Made by a program: the position numbers and the translations under genes | The notes under the pieces: generated by a model | What the model saw: only the letters and a program-made list of their open reading frames with translations | Told to the model about the DNA's origin: nothing | Database searches by the model: none | Shown: positions 62,384 to 64,000 of the stretch, in pieces | Numbering within the stretch: the stretch's first letter is position 1 | Layout of the letters: every line of letters begins with the position of its first letter | Assembly: GCA_963815115.1 (NCBI GenBank) | Contig: CAWFFN010000005.1 | Location: 896,001 to 960,000, forward strand | Source of the DNA: an uncultured delta proteobacterium | GTDB taxonomy: Bacteria > Desulfobacterota > Binatia > DP-6 | Length of the DNA: 64,000 nucleotides | Reading direction: 5' to 3'

Positions 62384-64000
62384 ATGACGAAGAATCCGAA
62401 TCCGCCGGCATGGCGTCGGAGCACGAGCGGCCTCGGCACGGGGCTGCTCGCGATCGTGCTCCTCGCGGCAGGCATCGCCCCCGCCGCCGCGGACGAGCTC
62501 GCGATCAACGTCCTCTCGAACCGCGCCGACCTGATCTCGGCCAACAACGCGCTGGTCCAGGTGGCGGTGCCGCCGGACGTTGCCACCGCCGACGTGCGCG
62601 TCGCGCTGAACGGCACGGACGTGACCGGCGCATTCGGCGTCGACGGCAGCGGCCGCTTCGTCGGCGTCGTCACCGGTCTGCAGATCGGCGACAACCACCT
62701 CGAAGCGTTCGTCGCCCCGCCGACGCTCAAGGACGCCGCCGAGATCACCATCACGAACTATCCGATCGGTGGCCCGGTCTTCTCGGGTGCGCAGCTGCTG
62801 CCGTTCATCTGCGCGACGACCGTCGCGACGCCGGTCACCGTGACGGTGCCGAACACGGCGCTCAGCGGGACGGCGACGACCCGGGTGAGCGGCCTCGACG
62901 CCGATCCGGTCGACGCTCAGTGCAACGCGGCGTCGAAGTTCACGCTGTTCTACCAGCCGAAGGCGCTCGAGGGCGGCAGCTGCACGTTCACCACGCCGAA
63001 CACCGCCGGCTCCTGCTTCCAGACCTACGACCCGAACAGTCCGCCGGCGGACGCGGACGTCGCGGATTTCACCAACGACCGGGGCGACACCGTGAAGAGC
63101 ATCATCCTGGTCGAGCGCGGCACCGTCGACCGGGGCATCTACGACCTCGTCACCTTCTACGACCCCGGCCAGCCGAACACGCCGCAGAACCGGCAGCGGG
63201 GCTGGAACGGCAAGCTGCTGTGGTCCTTCGGCGCCGCGTCGGGGCCCCGGCGGTTCGAGCAGCCGCCGAGCGTCAGCGTGTTCGACGCCAGGGCCCTGTC
63301 GCGCGGCTTCATGGTGGCGTCGGGATCGCTCAGCGATCACGACACCAACTCCAACGACACGCTCGCGGCCGAGTTCGTGATGATGGTGAAGGAGCACATC
63401 GCCGAGACCTACGGCGAGATCCGCTACACCATCGGCACCGGGTGCTCCGGGGGTTCGATCCTCCAGTACAACATCGCCGCCGCGTACCCCGGCCTGCTGA
63501 ATGGCATCCAGCCCAACTGCACCTTCCCCGACACCCTCACGACGGCGATGGAGGTGGTGGACTGCGGCCTGCTCGGGGGCCGGTACTACACCGTGGCGCC
63601 CGGCAGTGCGCTCACGACCGCGAAGCGCACCGCCATCAACGGCCACGCCAACGCCAATCAGTGCCTGGCCTGGGTCGGGTCGTTCCTCAACTTCGGCAAT
63701 CCCACGCTCGCCGGCAACTGTGGAAGCGGCTTCCCCACCTCCGTCACCTATGATCCGGTGCTCCGGCCGGACGGCGTGCGCTGCACGACCTTCGACCACG
63801 ATGCGTCGATGCTGGGCACCTTCGTCGACACCGACGGCAACACCAAGGCCCAGTCGCCGCTCGACAACGTCGGCGTCCAGTACGGCCTGCAGGCCCTCGC
63901 CGGAGGCGCCATCACGGCGGAGGACTTCGTCCAGCTGAACGAGGGCGTCGGCACCTTCACGTCGGATCTCGTCTGGGTGCATCCGCAGCGCGGCGTGGCG
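62384..64000 (+). CDS. Secreted DUF6351/tannase-like hydrolase (runs off window)
   Basis: Manual translation after AAGGA RBS: signal peptide, VLSNRADLIS, NYPIGGPVFSG, WNGKLLW, TIGTGCSGGS, PLDNVGVQYGL. Confidence 0.8.
   Translation, partial: MTKNPNPPAWRRSTSGLGTGLLAIVLLAAGIAPAAADELAINVLSNRADLISANNALVQVAVPPDVATADVRVALNGTDVTGAFGVDGSGRFVGVVTGLQIGDNHLEAFVAPPTLKDAAEITITNYPIGGPVFSGAQLLPFICATTVATPVTVTVPNTALSGTATTRVSGLDADPVDAQCNAASKFTLFYQPKALEGGSCTFTTPNTAGSCFQTYDPNSPPADADVADFTNDRGDTVKSIILVERGTVDRGIYDLVTFYDPGQPNTPQNRQRGWNGKLLWSFGAASGPRRFEQPPSVSVFDARALSRGFMVASGSLSDHDTNSNDTLAAEFVMMVKEHIAETYGEIRYTIGTGCSGGSILQYNIAAAYPGLLNGIQPNCTFPDTLTTAMEVVDCGLLGGRYYTVAPGSALTTAKRTAINGHANANQCLAWVGSFLNFGNPTLAGNCGSGFPTSVTYDPVLRPDGVRCTTFDHDASMLGTFVDTDGNTKAQSPLDNVGVQYGLQALAGGAITAEDFVQLNEGVGTFTSDLVWVHPQRGVA

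Overview
High-GC bacterial window. Gene content and protein styles suggest an uncultured Deltaproteobacteria-like lineage such as Candidatus Binatia (inference only). Most genes serve acyl-CoA metabolism: two biotin-dependent carboxylases, EtfAB, methylmalonyl-CoA and ethylmalonyl-CoA mutases each with its own MeaB chaperone, an epimerase, malyl-CoA lyase, a CoA transferase and a non-canonical SucCD-like ligase. Also present are a cp-ATP-grasp/alpha-E/transglutaminase operon, glnB, a VapBC pair and secreted hydrolases. I found no rRNA, tRNA, CRISPR array, transposase or reverse transcriptase. Best leads: (1) a consensus sigma54 promoter whose predicted start falls on a 19-bp closing stem of a ~150-nt structured RNA with a UCCCCCC loop, directly after a small Sm/Hfq-like-looking ORF; (2) two copies of a ~250-bp nested palindromic element that supply the C-termini of two enzymes; (3) a PadR-ABC exporter-PpyS-like ketosynthase operon, a candidate alpha-pyrone system; (4) an ECF sigma factor and an anti-sigma factor with a CxxCH motif heading a diheme peroxidase-metallophosphoesterase-cytochrome c operon; (5) an intrinsic terminator inside mpg coding sequence. 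Four single-base frameshifts are most likely sequencing errors.
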